A stretch of 64,000 nucleotides of DNA, taken from positions 446-64,445 of the forward strand of contig JAXEJQ010000092.1 of assembly GCA_034101475.1 (NCBI GenBank), given 5' to 3'. This document shows, one piece after another, positions 29,758 through 39,146 of the stretch. A model generated the notes under the pieces. It saw only the letters and a program-made list of their open reading frames with translations, was not told the DNA's origin and ran no database searches. The translations under genes were made by a program, and so were the position numbers. This DNA comes from Candidatus Limivivens sp. GTDB taxonomy: Bacteria > Bacillota > Clostridia > Lachnospirales > Lachnospiraceae. Positions within the stretch are counted from its first letter, which is position 1. Every line of letters begins with the position of its first letter.

Positions 29758-30510
29758 CTATTCTTCTGTAGCCTCTTCTGTCTCTTCCGTTTCTTCTGCA
29801 GCCGGTTCCATATAGATGATGAGCTCTTCACCCAGCATGTTTACCCGCAGGCTTAACGTACCGTCTTCATGAAGACAAATACTCCATTCCGTATCCTCCG
29901 AATATTCATCCTCTGCCGGAACCACAAAAGTCAGAGCGCCATCCTTCAGTTCTCCTTCCAGATCCGGAATCTCCCATTCGCCAAACAGAAATCCTCCTAC
30001 CATTGTAAACGCGATCCGGTTTTCCTCGATCTCGATCTCCACCTTTTCCATTTCCATCGTTTCAAGAGGAGCCGTCATTCCGAAGTAAGAAGCCTTGGTT
30101 CCCGTCCATTTTCCGGCAAAGTCCTCCAGCTCTGCATCAGTGCGGACTTCTGCCGGCACAAAGCCTGTCGCTGCTTCCGGATCACGGCTGAATGTCAGTT
30201 CCATTCCTTCAATCTCAGTAGACAGAAATTCCCCGTCATAGGCAAAAACCACTTCTGTGTCCTCACCCTTATCCATAACCAGAGATTCCCCGTCAAATTC
30301 CCATTTTCCGACACCCGGATCCTCATCTTCCTCTTCCGTTCCCATCTCCATCGCCAGAGTATATTCTCCGCTCTCATCAAGAGTCAGTGTAGCCGGCATT
30401 CCATAAAGGTTGCCATACCATTCTCCTGTCATGTCTTCCTCTGCAGCAGCGGTAAACGCTGCTGTCACAGTAAGTGCCGCCGTTAATAAAAATGCAAATT
30501 TTTTACTCAT
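29758..30510 (-). CDS. Secreted, very acidic hypothetical protein
   Basis: AGGAGG RBS, AxA-type signal peptide, two related modules starting G(E/K)W(Y/T)G, Glu-rich tail. Confidence 0.8.
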   Translation of the reverse strand: MSKKFAFLLTAALTVTAAFTAAAEEDMTGEWYGNLYGMPATLTLDESGEYTLAMEMGTEEEDEDPGVGKWEFDGESLVMDKGEDTEVVFAYDGEFLSTEIEGMELTFSRDPEAATGFVPAEVRTDAELEDFAGKWTGTKASYFGMTAPLETMEMEKVEIEIEENRIAFTMVGGFLFGEWEIPDLEGELKDGALTFVVPAEDEYSEDTEWSICLHEDGTLSLRVNMLGEELIIYMEPAAEETEETEEATEE

Positions 30511-30532
30511 AGTATAAATCCTCCTTTTTCAT

Positions 30533-30868
30533 TCACAAAATACCGAAATTATAATGATCAGTCCGCCGGAGCCGCAGAGCCTCTGTCGAACCTGAGGTAA
30601 ACGGCCGGAATGCGTCACCGGACACCTCTGTAATCGTCAGTGTGTCGCCTTCCAGAACAAGATAGATCTCTCCTCTGCTTTGTCCAAAGTTTGTATCAAG
30701 GACATACCCATAGGTTCCGCAGGCATATTCTGCTGAATCATACGCGAAACAGGACCCATACCAGCTGGAAACACTGCCCTGAGCATCCGGAACATAGATG
30801 CTGCATTCCCTCTGACAGCCCGTCAAAATTCCAGTCATTTCCCTCAAAAACTGGGCATTCGCCCTCAA
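30533..30868 (-). CDS. Short hypothetical ORF or gene remnant
   Basis: 111-codon ORF in the same orientation as its neighbours; no clear RBS or family motif. Confidence 0.3.
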   Translation of the reverse strand: MRANAQFLREMTGILTGCQRECSIYVPDAQGSVSSWYGSCFAYDSAEYACGTYGYVLDTNFGQSRGEIYLVLEGDTLTITEVSGDAFRPFTSGSTEALRLRRTDHYNFGIL

Positions 30869-31007
30869 AACGGTTTTCTAAGCAAACTGTCCCTATCATA
30901 CTCTATTGATTATCTGAAATTTTCACACCCCCATTTGGGTGGTGACAGAAAGTTTTCGGATCATCTGATAAAAAAAGACGCCGCAGCTTTCTGTGACGTC
31001 CTTATTC

Positions 31008-31310
31008 TTATTCTGCCGGTTTGAAAATCGTCTCGCCTTCGTAAACCAGTCCCAGCTTGTCCCTGGCCACATCCTCAATATATTCATCTGTCAGCATATA
31101 AGCCTCCAGATCCTCAATCTCCTTCGCCCGCTCCGTCTCCGCCTCAATCTGTGCATGAAGCTGAGCAATCTGTTCCTCATATGCCTGATTTTTCATCGCA
31201 AGACCTCTGCTCTGAACACTGAGACAGATCAGGAGTACACACACAATCAAGGAAATGCACAGCATCCCCAGACGATTACTCTCTCTGAGTTTTCTTTTTC
31301 TTCGTTTCAT
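31008..31310 (-). CDS. divIC: Septum formation initiator DivIC/FtsB family
   Basis: Basic N-terminus, one TM helix, coiled coil, YIEDVARDKLGLV. Confidence 0.9.
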   Translation of the reverse strand: MKRRKRKLRESNRLGMLCISLIVCVLLICLSVQSRGLAMKNQAYEEQIAQLHAQIEAETERAKEIEDLEAYMLTDEYIEDVARDKLGLVYEGETIFKPAE

Positions 31311-31749
31311 CTTTACCCTTCCTGCCCTTTTTCCCCTTCACTCTATTTAAAAACATTTTAATCCTTTTTTCGTACTTTTTCAATGTTTTTCGAGTGAAAA
31401 TACGAATTTTTTTCAGCAAAAAGCGAAAAGGTGTAAACAGGAAATGCAAAAGCTTTGATACAATCCAGATAACCAGGTGATCCAGGAGATAATAGTACAA
31501 AATCATTCCAAGCAGCAGGCCAACAAAGGCGAAGCCTCGGAGCATTCCGCTGTTTTTCCAGAAGGTTACCAGAAAAAAAGCGACTCCCGCAGCTGTCCAG
31601 TACAGAAAATCTTCCAGTCCCATCCGCAGACTGCCTCTGGGAAACTCCAGACGGACTGCCCGTATGAGCCCATAACCCATCAGGATAACCGCCCCTGTGA
31701 GTACCGAAATCAGAAAAAAGCGGGCTTCACCGCAAATCACTTCACTCAT
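31276..31749 (-). CDS. yabQ: Spore cortex biosynthesis protein YabQ
   Basis: Hydrophobic protein with EDFLYW and GMLRGFAFVGLLLG; lies between yabP and divIC. Confidence 0.85.
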   Translation of the reverse strand: MSEVICGEARFFLISVLTGAVILMGYGLIRAVRLEFPRGSLRMGLEDFLYWTAAGVAFFLVTFWKNSGMLRGFAFVGLLLGMILYYYLLDHLVIWIVSKLLHFLFTPFRFLLKKIRIFTRKTLKKYEKRIKMFLNRVKGKKGRKGKDETKKKKTQRE

Positions 31750-31751
31750 GA

Positions 31752-32039
31752 CTATTTAAACAGTCTTCCCAGAAGAGACTCGCCCTTTCCCTTACTTCCG
31801 GCACTTCCGGAGTAAATCAGGCTGTCAATTTTTCCGTCGATATCCACCTCGCCTTTCTCCAATGTCAGCCTGTTTACATGCAGCTCCTGCCCCTTGACTG
31901 TCAGCATTCCCAGCTCCGTCTCCAGTACAATCTCTCCCACATCAAAAGAGAGCACATCCGATACCCCGGTAATGGCTCCGCTCCGCCTTCCCGTAATGGT
32001 TACCTTATGTGCTCCCGCAGTCTGTTTCTCTTCCATCAA
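31752..32039 (-). CDS. yabP: Sporulation protein YabP
   Basis: ITGVSDVLSFD...LETELGMLTVKGQELHVNRLTLEKGEVDIDGKIDSLIY. Confidence 0.93.
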   Translation of the reverse strand: MMEEKQTAGAHKVTITGRRSGAITGVSDVLSFDVGEIVLETELGMLTVKGQELHVNRLTLEKGEVDIDGKIDSLIYSGSAGSKGKGESLLGRLFK

Positions 32040-32064
32040 CCTGCTCCGAATCCCTGTTTTCTAA

Positions 32065-32093
32065 AATATATGAGCAGACCTCATCATTTATTC
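32065..32093 (-). promoter_or_regulatory. Sigma-E-like promoter for yabP-yabQ
   Basis: GAATA-16 bp-CATATATT, resembling the mother-cell sigma-E consensus; yabPQ is sigma-E controlled in B. subtilis. Confidence 0.55.
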
Positions 32094-32150
32094 CGGGACA
32101 TGAAAATCCCTGCAAGCACGGATTTTCATGTCCATTTGTCCCTTGGCTCA

Positions 32151-32390
32151 TTACATATACCGGTAAAGCTGGTCTGCTTCATCCTTTTTTACCGTCTCCT
32201 GAACACTCAATACCTCAACCTTCACAGCCTTGGCACCAAACTGGATTTCGATGATATCTCCTTCCTTTACGTTGGCAGATGCCTTGGCCGGGCGGTCATT
32301 CACCATAACGCGTCCTGCATCACAGGCTTCATTCGCCACCGTGCGGCGCTTAATCAGCCGTGAAACCTTCAAAAACTTATCTAATCGCAT
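32151..32390 (-). CDS. yabO: S4-domain RNA-binding protein YabO (RqcP)
   Basis: MRLDKFLKVSRLIKRRTVANEACDAGRV. Confidence 0.93.
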   Translation of the reverse strand: MRLDKFLKVSRLIKRRTVANEACDAGRVMVNDRPAKASANVKEGDIIEIQFGAKAVKVEVLSVQETVKKDEADQLYRYM

Positions 32391-32491
32391 AAAACTCCTT
32401 CCTTCCCCAGAATCTCCCTTCGCTCCCGCACCTTCCTCTCCGGCTGCGCCTCTCTGTCTTTCCGCTCGGCTGCGCCTGGCGTTCTTTCACA

Positions 32492-32669
32492 GATGACTGC
32501 TGGTATGGGTTCCGATGCAGACGGTAGGCAGATTTTTGAAAGATTTCCGAGCATAGCGACGGGGATTTTGTCCGACCACGGTTTGATGGAGGCAAAATCC
32601 CCGTCAATATGCGGCGCAGGAAATCTCAAAAATCAACGTGTCTGCATGGAACCCATACCTGCAGTCATC
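32492..32669. repeat. 178-bp long palindrome (nested stems) between hup and yabO
   Basis: Outer ~30-bp arms gatgactgc-tggtatgggttcc-gatgcagac / gtctgcat-ggaacccatacc-tgcagtcatc; inner stems gatttttga..gatttcc / ggaaatctcaaaaatc and gacggggattttg / caaaatccccgtc. Confidence 0.8.
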
Positions 32670-32729
32670 GTCCGAAATCACAAAAACGCGCAGCCTACGC
32701 CCGAAATCCTGAGACCCGCAGCCCTCCGC

Positions 32730-32760
32730 AAAAGAAAATGCTGCAGAATCCTCTGCAGCA
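32730..32760 (-). terminator. Rho-independent terminator after hup
   Basis: tgctgcaga-atcc-tctgcagca then ttttctttt on the minus strand. Confidence 0.7.
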
Positions 32761-32773
32761 CCCTTCCATTTTC

Positions 32774-33049
32774 TTACTCGTTAATCATATCCTTTAAAGC
32801 CTTGCCTGCTTTGAATTTCGGAGCCTTGGAAGCTGCGATACTCATGGGTTCGCCGCTCTGCGGATTTCTTCCTTCTCTTGCTGCTCTCTCAGAAACTTCA
32901 AAGGTACCGAAGCCAACCAGCTGGATCTTCTCACCTTTCTTTAATTCTTCTGCAACAACATCAGTAAAAGCCTTCAGAGCTTTTTCTGCATCTTTCTTAG
33001 ATAATTCTGTCTTGCTCGCAATCGCGGCGATTAATTCCTGTTTGTTCAT
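32774..33049 (-). CDS. hup: DNA-binding protein HU
   Basis: [11 protein letters not shown]...[23 protein letters not shown]...[11 protein letters not shown]. Confidence 0.98.
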   Translation of the reverse strand: MNKQELIAAIASKTELSKKDAEKALKAFTDVVAEELKKGEKIQLVGFGTFEVSERAAREGRNPQSGEPMSIAASKAPKFKAGKALKDMINE

Positions 33050-33203
33050 GGAATGGTTCCTCCTCTGATTTCTATCTCGTCTGATTTCGTATACTTTCCG
33101 TACCATACATCTGCCCACAGAACTGTGAACCGAACATCCGGGGTATCCGAACAGTGACCCCTGACGTTTTCCCTCTCAGGCCGCCAAGTGAGTCCTACGT
33201 CTA

Positions 33204-33232
33204 TTTATAATCTTTCCGCTATCATTTGTCAA
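33204..33232 (-). promoter_or_regulatory. Sigma-A promoter of hup, giving a ~150-nt leader
   Basis: TTGACA-17 bp-TATAAA. Confidence 0.7.
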
Positions 33233-33722
33233 GGAATTTACCGAAATTTAAGGAATATTTCATTCCAAGGTGCATGCACATTTCCTCAGCCGCTTTCTTC
33301 TCCGCTTCTTTCCCATAAGCAAGGCGCTGGGGACTCTCTCCGGCGTGCTCCCGTTCCTTAATCGCATCCCAGTCCGGAACTCCTTTTTTTCCATTTTCAT
33401 CAGGGAAAACGTGAGGATGACGACGTATCATTTTTTCCGCCGCCTTCTGAATGACATCCTCCACAGAGAAAAGACCTTCCTCCCGGGCCATCTGGCTTTG
33501 CAGCAGGATCAGCAGAAGCAGATCTCCCAGTTCCTCACAGAGATTTTCACTGTCTCCCGTTTCCGACAGAATATTTACGGCTGCCACGGCCTCTGCCATC
33601 TCATTAATCATATAGGGCTTCAGGCTTTCATGAGTCTGAGCCCTGTCCCAGGGGCAGCCCTCCTCTGATCGGAGAGCCGCCACAATCGCACGATAGTCCT
33701 CAAAGGTATACTGTTTGTCCAT
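33222..33722 (-). CDS. MazG-family nucleotide pyrophosphohydrolase (single domain)
   Basis: LRSEEGCPWDRAQTHESL, EELGDLL, KMIRRHPHVF. Confidence 0.88.
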   Translation of the reverse strand: MDKQYTFEDYRAIVAALRSEEGCPWDRAQTHESLKPYMINEMAEAVAAVNILSETGDSENLCEELGDLLLLILLQSQMAREEGLFSVEDVIQKAAEKMIRRHPHVFPDENGKKGVPDWDAIKEREHAGESPQRLAYGKEAEKKAAEEMCMHLGMKYSLNFGKFLDK

Positions 33723-33723
33723 T

Positions 33724-35454
33724 TTACAGCATCCCGTTAATCATTTCCAGAACCTTTTCGCCCAGAGCTGCGGATTTCGCATCGGCATCCTCCAGAGAGG
33801 TTCCCTTTACGCCATAGTAGAATTTTACCTTCGGCTCTGTACCGGAAGGACGCACGCAAAGCCATGCATCATCCGTCAGGTCATAGTACAGCACATTGGA
33901 GCTGGGAAGACCGGTGGAGGTCACTTCACCTGTCTCCATATTCTTGATGGTATCCTTCTTATAATCTCTGGCTGAGGTTACTTTATAGCCACCGATCTCT
34001 GCCGGAGGATTATTCCGCAGAGTCTCCAGGATAGACTGAATTTTCTCAAGTCCCTCAATCCCCTTTAAGGTGATGGATTTGATGTCATCCTTATAATATC
34101 CATATTTCTCGTACATATCAATCATGGCATCCCAAAGGGTCTTGCCCTGGGTTTTGTAGTAAGCAGCCGCTTCACACAGTGCCATGGTGGCAACAATGGC
34201 GTCTTTATCTCTGGCATGGGTACCGATCAGGCAGCCGTAGCTCTCTTCGAAGCCGAATTCGTAGGTGCCTTTTCCACTGGTCTCAAAGCCCAGAATCTGC
34301 TGGCCGATGAATTTGAAGCCGGTGAGAACTTCAATAAATTTCATATTGTAAGCCTTCGCAATGGCTGCTGCCATATTGGTGGTAACGATGGTACTGATCA
34401 CAGCACCGTCCTCCGGCAGGCCCTTGGTAGCCTGTCTCTGGCTCAGCTCATATTCTTCCAGCAGACAGCCGGACATATTTCCGGTGAGGGTGTGGTATTC
34501 GCCGTTCTTGTCCTTTACACGGACACCCAGACGGTCTGCGTCCGGATCAGTAGCCAGCACCAGATCCGCATCGATCTCCTTTGCCAGCTTCAGTCCCAGA
34601 GTAAAGGCCTCCTCTGCTTCCGGATTCGGATAGCTGACCGTGGGGAATTCGCCGTCCGGCAGCTCCTGCTCTTTCACCACCTGAACGTTTTCAAAACCGA
34701 TCTCCTTCAGCACTCTTCTGGCCGGGATGTTTCCGGTTCCGTGAAGCGGAGAATAAACAACCTTCAGATCCTTGCCCACTTCCTGAATGGAATCCCAGTG
34801 GATCACCTGGCTCTTCAGAGCTTCCATATAGGTATCGTCGATCTCTTTCCCAATAACCTGATAGAGACCTGCTTTGACAGCTTCTTCTTTGTCCATGGTA
34901 AGAACGGTGTTAAAATCCGTTACTTTCTTTACTTCTGCCATAATGCCGGTATCGTGAGGCGGAGTAATCTGTGCGCCGTCCTCCCAGTATACCTTGTAGC
35001 CGTTATACTCAGGCGGATTGTGGCTGGCTGTGATATTGATGCCGGCAATGCATTTTAACGTACGTACCGCATAAGACAGCTCCGGAGTCGGACGCAGGGA
35101 CTCGAATACATAAGCCTTGATACCGTTGGCTGCCAGGCACAGCGCCGCTTCATCCGCAAACTCCGGGGACATTCTTCTGGAATCGTAGGCAATGGCAACC
35201 CCTCTGTCCTTCGCATTCACGGACGCGATATAATTCGCCAGGCCCTGTGTCGCCTTGCGCACTGTATAAACGTTCATCCGGTTGATGCCGGCTCCGATCA
35301 CACCGCGAAGTCCTGCCGTACCAAATTCCAGTTCTGCATAAAAGCGCTCTTTAATCTCATTTTCATCATCTGCAATTTTGCGCAGCTCCGCTTTGGTAGC
35401 CTCATCAAAATAAGGATTTGAAAGCCAGTCTTCATAGGTTTTCCTGTAGTCCAT
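33724..35454 (-). CDS. pgm: Phosphoglucomutase/phosphomannomutase
   Basis: FGTAGLRG, ITASHNPP, DPDADR, GFEESYG, VRPSGTEPK. Confidence 0.93.
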   Translation of the reverse strand: MDYRKTYEDWLSNPYFDEATKAELRKIADDENEIKERFYAELEFGTAGLRGVIGAGINRMNVYTVRKATQGLANYIASVNAKDRGVAIAYDSRRMSPEFADEAALCLAANGIKAYVFESLRPTPELSYAVRTLKCIAGINITASHNPPEYNGYKVYWEDGAQITPPHDTGIMAEVKKVTDFNTVLTMDKEEAVKAGLYQVIGKEIDDTYMEALKSQVIHWDSIQEVGKDLKVVYSPLHGTGNIPARRVLKEIGFENVQVVKEQELPDGEFPTVSYPNPEAEEAFTLGLKLAKEIDADLVLATDPDADRLGVRVKDKNGEYHTLTGNMSGCLLEEYELSQRQATKGLPEDGAVISTIVTTNMAAAIAKAYNMKFIEVLTGFKFIGQQILGFETSGKGTYEFGFEESYGCLIGTHARDKDAIVATMALCEAAAYYKTQGKTLWDAMIDMYEKYGYYKDDIKSITLKGIEGLEKIQSILETLRNNPPAEIGGYKVTSARDYKKDTIKNMETGEVTSTGLPSSNVLYYDLTDDAWLCVRPSGTEPKVKFYYGVKGTSLEDADAKSAALGEKVLEMINGML

Positions 35455-35618
35455 TCTAAATACCTCCCATGGTTTCTCAATAAAATAATACGAAATAATT
35501 ATGCCGGTCGTATTACCCCCGGTTTTATGTTCTTATTATACAATAAAACCATGAAAAATGGAACCTCATTTGTACTGATTGACCTGTGCTTTTTCAAAAA
35601 ATTGACCATGTTCTCCCC

Positions 35619-36629
35619 TCAGGACTCCAGCAGGTTAATGAATTTCCGGCGTTTTTCCTCCTGGTCAATCAAAGCGGACAGTTTTTCCATCCCCTTTTCC
35701 GGCATTCTGGATTTTTTGCTGTTGTAGTAATGATTGGACAGCTTCCAGAATTTCTCAGGAAACTTCAGGCGCAGCCAGATGTTTTTTACTTCCTGATCGG
35801 ACAGAGAGCAGACTTTTCCGTACTCTTCCAGTATCCGCATGCCCAGTCCCGGGTCCCAGTCCTGTTTTTCCAGCATTTTCCGCAAAAACTGGTACAGATC
35901 CACAACCTGGATGTCATACCGTGCCCTGGAAAAATCCATCACAGCTGCACTGCCCGGAGCGAGAAAAACGTGGTGCTGGTTATAGTCCCCATGGCAAACG
36001 CACCCTTCCTCCAGATTCCGGGCGCGAAGTTCTGCAAATCCGGTGGTTTCCAGAAGGCCGGCTGCCTCAAGGGCCTGGTCATAAAAAGGATCGAAGGCAT
36101 CTAAAAACTTCTGTTCAAAAGCCGTTTTCGGATGTCTGCCGCGCATATAAGTCCGTACCTTCTTCATTTCCCGCAGCTTTTTGGCAAACTCCTGATCCAG
36201 TGATATCCCTCCGAAGCGTTCCCGGTCAGAGAGCACCTTCCCGGGCGGGACAGGCGCTTCCTCCGGCAGCCGCATTACCCGGTGAATTCCCGCCAGCAGC
36301 CGCACCGCCAGCAGAATTTCTTCCTCGCTTCTGGTGCTGCACTCCCTTCCCTCAAACCAGTCTTTTACAATGTAGCCTCGCTCCTCCCGATCCTTCGAAA
36401 TCAGGTTTCCCTCCTTATTTTCCAGCACCCGATCCACCTGCACTGGACTCTGGCTGCTGATTTTTTCACAGATGCTGTTCTGGAAGCGAAGTCTTCGGTC
36501 CGTACCGGAAAATTCCGTCAGAAGCTTCAGTCCCCTGTCCGTTTCCAGCAAAAAGGACCCCCTTCCCCTCCGGAATGACTGCACCTGCAGGTCATACTGT
36601 TCAATGATTGCCAGATCTTTTTCATTCAC
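35619..36629 (-). CDS. CotS-family spore coat protein (kinase-like fold)
   Basis: CHGDYNQHH and MDFS (APH/choline-kinase-like) motifs, LKFPEKFWKLSNHYY. GTG start at 36629. Confidence 0.8.
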   Translation of the reverse strand: MNEKDLAIIEQYDLQVQSFRRGRGSFLLETDRGLKLLTEFSGTDRRLRFQNSICEKISSQSPVQVDRVLENKEGNLISKDREERGYIVKDWFEGRECSTRSEEEILLAVRLLAGIHRVMRLPEEAPVPPGKVLSDRERFGGISLDQEFAKKLREMKKVRTYMRGRHPKTAFEQKFLDAFDPFYDQALEAAGLLETTGFAELRARNLEEGCVCHGDYNQHHVFLAPGSAAVMDFSRARYDIQVVDLYQFLRKMLEKQDWDPGLGMRILEEYGKVCSLSDQEVKNIWLRLKFPEKFWKLSNHYYNSKKSRMPEKGMEKLSALIDQEEKRRKFINLLES

Positions 36630-36711
36630 TTCAATCCCCCCACTTCGCATAATTCCCTGTATCGCTGCTGCACACATCCTGTCAGCAAAGACCGGTACAG
36701 CGGTTCCCTCT

Positions 36712-36740
36712 ATTTTATGCATGGCCGGATTTTGATATGT
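36712..36740 (-). promoter_or_regulatory. Mother-cell (sigma-E/K-like) promoter for the cotS-like gene
   Basis: ACATA-16 bp-CATAAAAT. Confidence 0.45.
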
Positions 36741-36812
36741 GGAAAAAGGCTTCCCATCCTGCATTTTTCTCAGGCCGCTCCGGGCTGTTAACCGCAAAAA
36801 AGCCTGCGCGTT

Positions 36813-38141
36813 TCAGCGCAGGCTCCGGCTGTATTCCAGCAGATATTCTTTTGTATTGTGCTCCGGCGTCTCCAGAACATCCATCAGAAGTCTCTCCAGG
36901 ACACGCCCCAGATCCTTTCCCGGAAGCATCCCGTCCGCAATCAGATCCTTTCCGGTCACTGCCAGGTTTTTCAGGGAAAGACATTGATTTTTCTCCAGAA
37001 TCTCCCGGTAGATTTCCTCGGTCTGATCCAGAGCAGCCAGCTTTTCCTCTCTCAGATAATCGCTCTGGGCGCAGACATCTGCCCGTTCCACCTTCATCAG
37101 AAGAGGAAACAGCTCTTCTCCGGTCTTATAAATCATCCTGCGTACTCCTTTGTCCGTAAGAACCGGACGCCAGTCGTGAAAACGCACCAGACGCTTCACC
37201 CTGTTCAGCGTTTCATTGTCAAACTTCAGCCGTTTTAAAATCTCCCCGGCCATCTCAGCACTCACATCAGCATGCCCGTAAAAATGATCCTTGCCGTCCT
37301 CATCCGTGGAACGCACCAGCGGTTTCCCACAGTCATGCAGCAGCATGGCAAGGCGCAGGGCCTTCTCCGGCTGAACAGCCTGCATGGCCCGCAGCGTATG
37401 CTCTCCCACCGTCCAGCAATGGTGAGGCGTGTTCTGCTGTGTTTCCATCATGGCATCAAACTCCGGCAGGATCACCGCCGTAATGCCAAGCTCCCAGGCT
37501 GACCGCAGGAAATCCGGATGATCCGAAACCAGCAGTTTCACCAGCTCCGCCTGGATCCGTTCCGCGCTGATTTTCTCCAGGCTGGGGGCCAGCTTTCTGG
37601 CCGCCTCCTTTGTCTCCCCGGCAATCGCAAAGCCAAGCTGGGCCGAAAAACGGACTGCCCGCAAAACCCGCAGGGCATCTTCAGTAAAGCGTTCTCCGGC
37701 CTCTCCTACACAGCGGACAATGCCGTTTTCCAGATCCCCGATTCCGCCGAATTCATCCACAAGTCCCACCCGGTCATTGTATGCCATGGCATTGATGGTA
37801 AAATCCCTGCGCTTTAAATCTTCCCGGAGATTTTCCGTAAAGAGGACCTCCTTCGGATGCCGGCAGTCCTCATATTCGCCGTCAATCCGATAAGTTGTCA
37901 CCTCATAGCCTTCTCCGTCCAGCATAACGGTAATGGTCCCGTGCTGAATTCCGGTATCAATGGTTTTCTTAAACAGGCCCTTCGTCTGTTCCGGCAGGGC
38001 AGAGGTGGTGATATCCCAGTCATTGGGTGTCCTTCCAAGGATGCAGTCCCTGACACATCCCCCCACCGCAAAGGCCTCAAAACCGTGTTCCTCCAGGGTA
38101 CGGATAATCCGCTCCACCTGCTTTGGCAGCTCTATTTTCAT
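36813..38141 (-). CDS. cca: CCA tRNA nucleotidyltransferase with HD domain
   Basis: VGGCVRD, DWDIT, RRDFTINA, EDALRVLRAVRF, LLHDCGKP. Start at MKIELP (38141). Confidence 0.92.
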   Translation of the reverse strand: MKIELPKQVERIIRTLEEHGFEAFAVGGCVRDCILGRTPNDWDITTSALPEQTKGLFKKTIDTGIQHGTITVMLDGEGYEVTTYRIDGEYEDCRHPKEVLFTENLREDLKRRDFTINAMAYNDRVGLVDEFGGIGDLENGIVRCVGEAGERFTEDALRVLRAVRFSAQLGFAIAGETKEAARKLAPSLEKISAERIQAELVKLLVSDHPDFLRSAWELGITAVILPEFDAMMETQQNTPHHCWTVGEHTLRAMQAVQPEKALRLAMLLHDCGKPLVRSTDEDGKDHFYGHADVSAEMAGEILKRLKFDNETLNRVKRLVRFHDWRPVLTDKGVRRMIYKTGEELFPLLMKVERADVCAQSDYLREEKLAALDQTEEIYREILEKNQCLSLKNLAVTGKDLIADGMLPGKDLGRVLERLLMDVLETPEHNTKEYLLEYSRSLR

Positions 38142-38166
38142 GTTCCGTCCTCCCCCATGTACACCT

Positions 38167-38994
38167 TCATCGCAAAACCGCAAAAAACAGAATCACCAGA
38201 ATTCCCAGAATAATCCGGTACCAGCCAAAAACTTTGAAATCATTCTTCCGGATGTAATTCAGCAGGAATTTAATCACCACAATGGAAACAAAAAAGGCAA
38301 CCGCCATTCCCACCAGCAGAACCGCCAGTTCTCCGGCGGTAAACGCCAGGCCGAATTTAACCAGCTTCAAAAGCCCTGCCCCTGCCATCACCGGCACTGC
38401 CAGGAAAAAGGTAAATTCCGCTGCAGTGGTCCGGGACAGTCCCAGCAGAATCCCGCCCAGAATCGTTGCCCCGGAACGGGAGGTTCCCGGGAAAATCGCC
38501 GCAATCAACTGAAACATGCCGATCCAGACAGCAGTGCTCCAGCCGATCTCATCAATGGAATGAATCCGGGGCTCTTTTCCCTTATTGACATTCTCAATCA
38601 CAATGAACAGAACTCCGAAAAGAATCAGGGCCGCAGCCACGGTCTGATAATTATAAAACAGCTCATCAATCTTCTCATCAAAGAGGATTCCCACAATTCC
38701 GGCCGGAATACATGCCGCGATAATCTTGAACCACATCCTGAAAATATCTTTGCGGATCACAGGCTTCTTCCCGATCTGAAAGGGAAACAGCCGGTTCCAG
38801 TACAATACCACCACTGCCAGAATGGCACCCAGCTGAATCACTACCAGAAACATGGACCAGAATTCCTCGCTGACATTCATCTGAATCAGTTCATCCAGCA
38901 GAATCATATGCCCGGTGCTGCTGATGGGCAGCCATTCCGTGATGCCCTCCACGATTCCAAAAAGAACCGCTTTTAAAATCTCTACAATATTCAT
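38167..38994 (-). CDS. uppP: Undecaprenyl-diphosphate phosphatase
   Basis: GIVEGITEWLPISSTGH, QLGAILA, PGTSRSGATI. Confidence 0.96.
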   Translation of the reverse strand: MNIVEILKAVLFGIVEGITEWLPISSTGHMILLDELIQMNVSEEFWSMFLVVIQLGAILAVVVLYWNRLFPFQIGKKPVIRKDIFRMWFKIIAACIPAGIVGILFDEKIDELFYNYQTVAAALILFGVLFIVIENVNKGKEPRIHSIDEIGWSTAVWIGMFQLIAAIFPGTSRSGATILGGILLGLSRTTAAEFTFFLAVPVMAGAGLLKLVKFGLAFTAGELAVLLVGMAVAFFVSIVVIKFLLNYIRKNDFKVFGWYRIILGILVILFFAVLR

Positions 38995-39067
38995 ATCAAT
39001 GCTTACTCCTTTTTTGGGATTTTCAGTCACTTCATTATACTAGCGCATTCGTAGAAAATACACAAGC

Positions 39068-39113
39068 AAAAAACCGGCTTCTGCCCTTAAAAAGGCAAAA
39101 GCCGGTTTTCTTT
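39068..39113. terminator. Terminator between the surface-protein gene and uppP
   Basis: aaaaaaccggctt...aagccggttttc. Confidence 0.65.
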
Positions 39114-39146
39114 CTGTGTCAGTTAACCGATATCTTTCGGATTTTC

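Noticed and set aside
33222-33722. MazG as an anti-phage or toxin-antitoxin component
   Set aside because: It sits in the conserved housekeeping position upstream of hup-yabO (yabN locus) with no partner gene.
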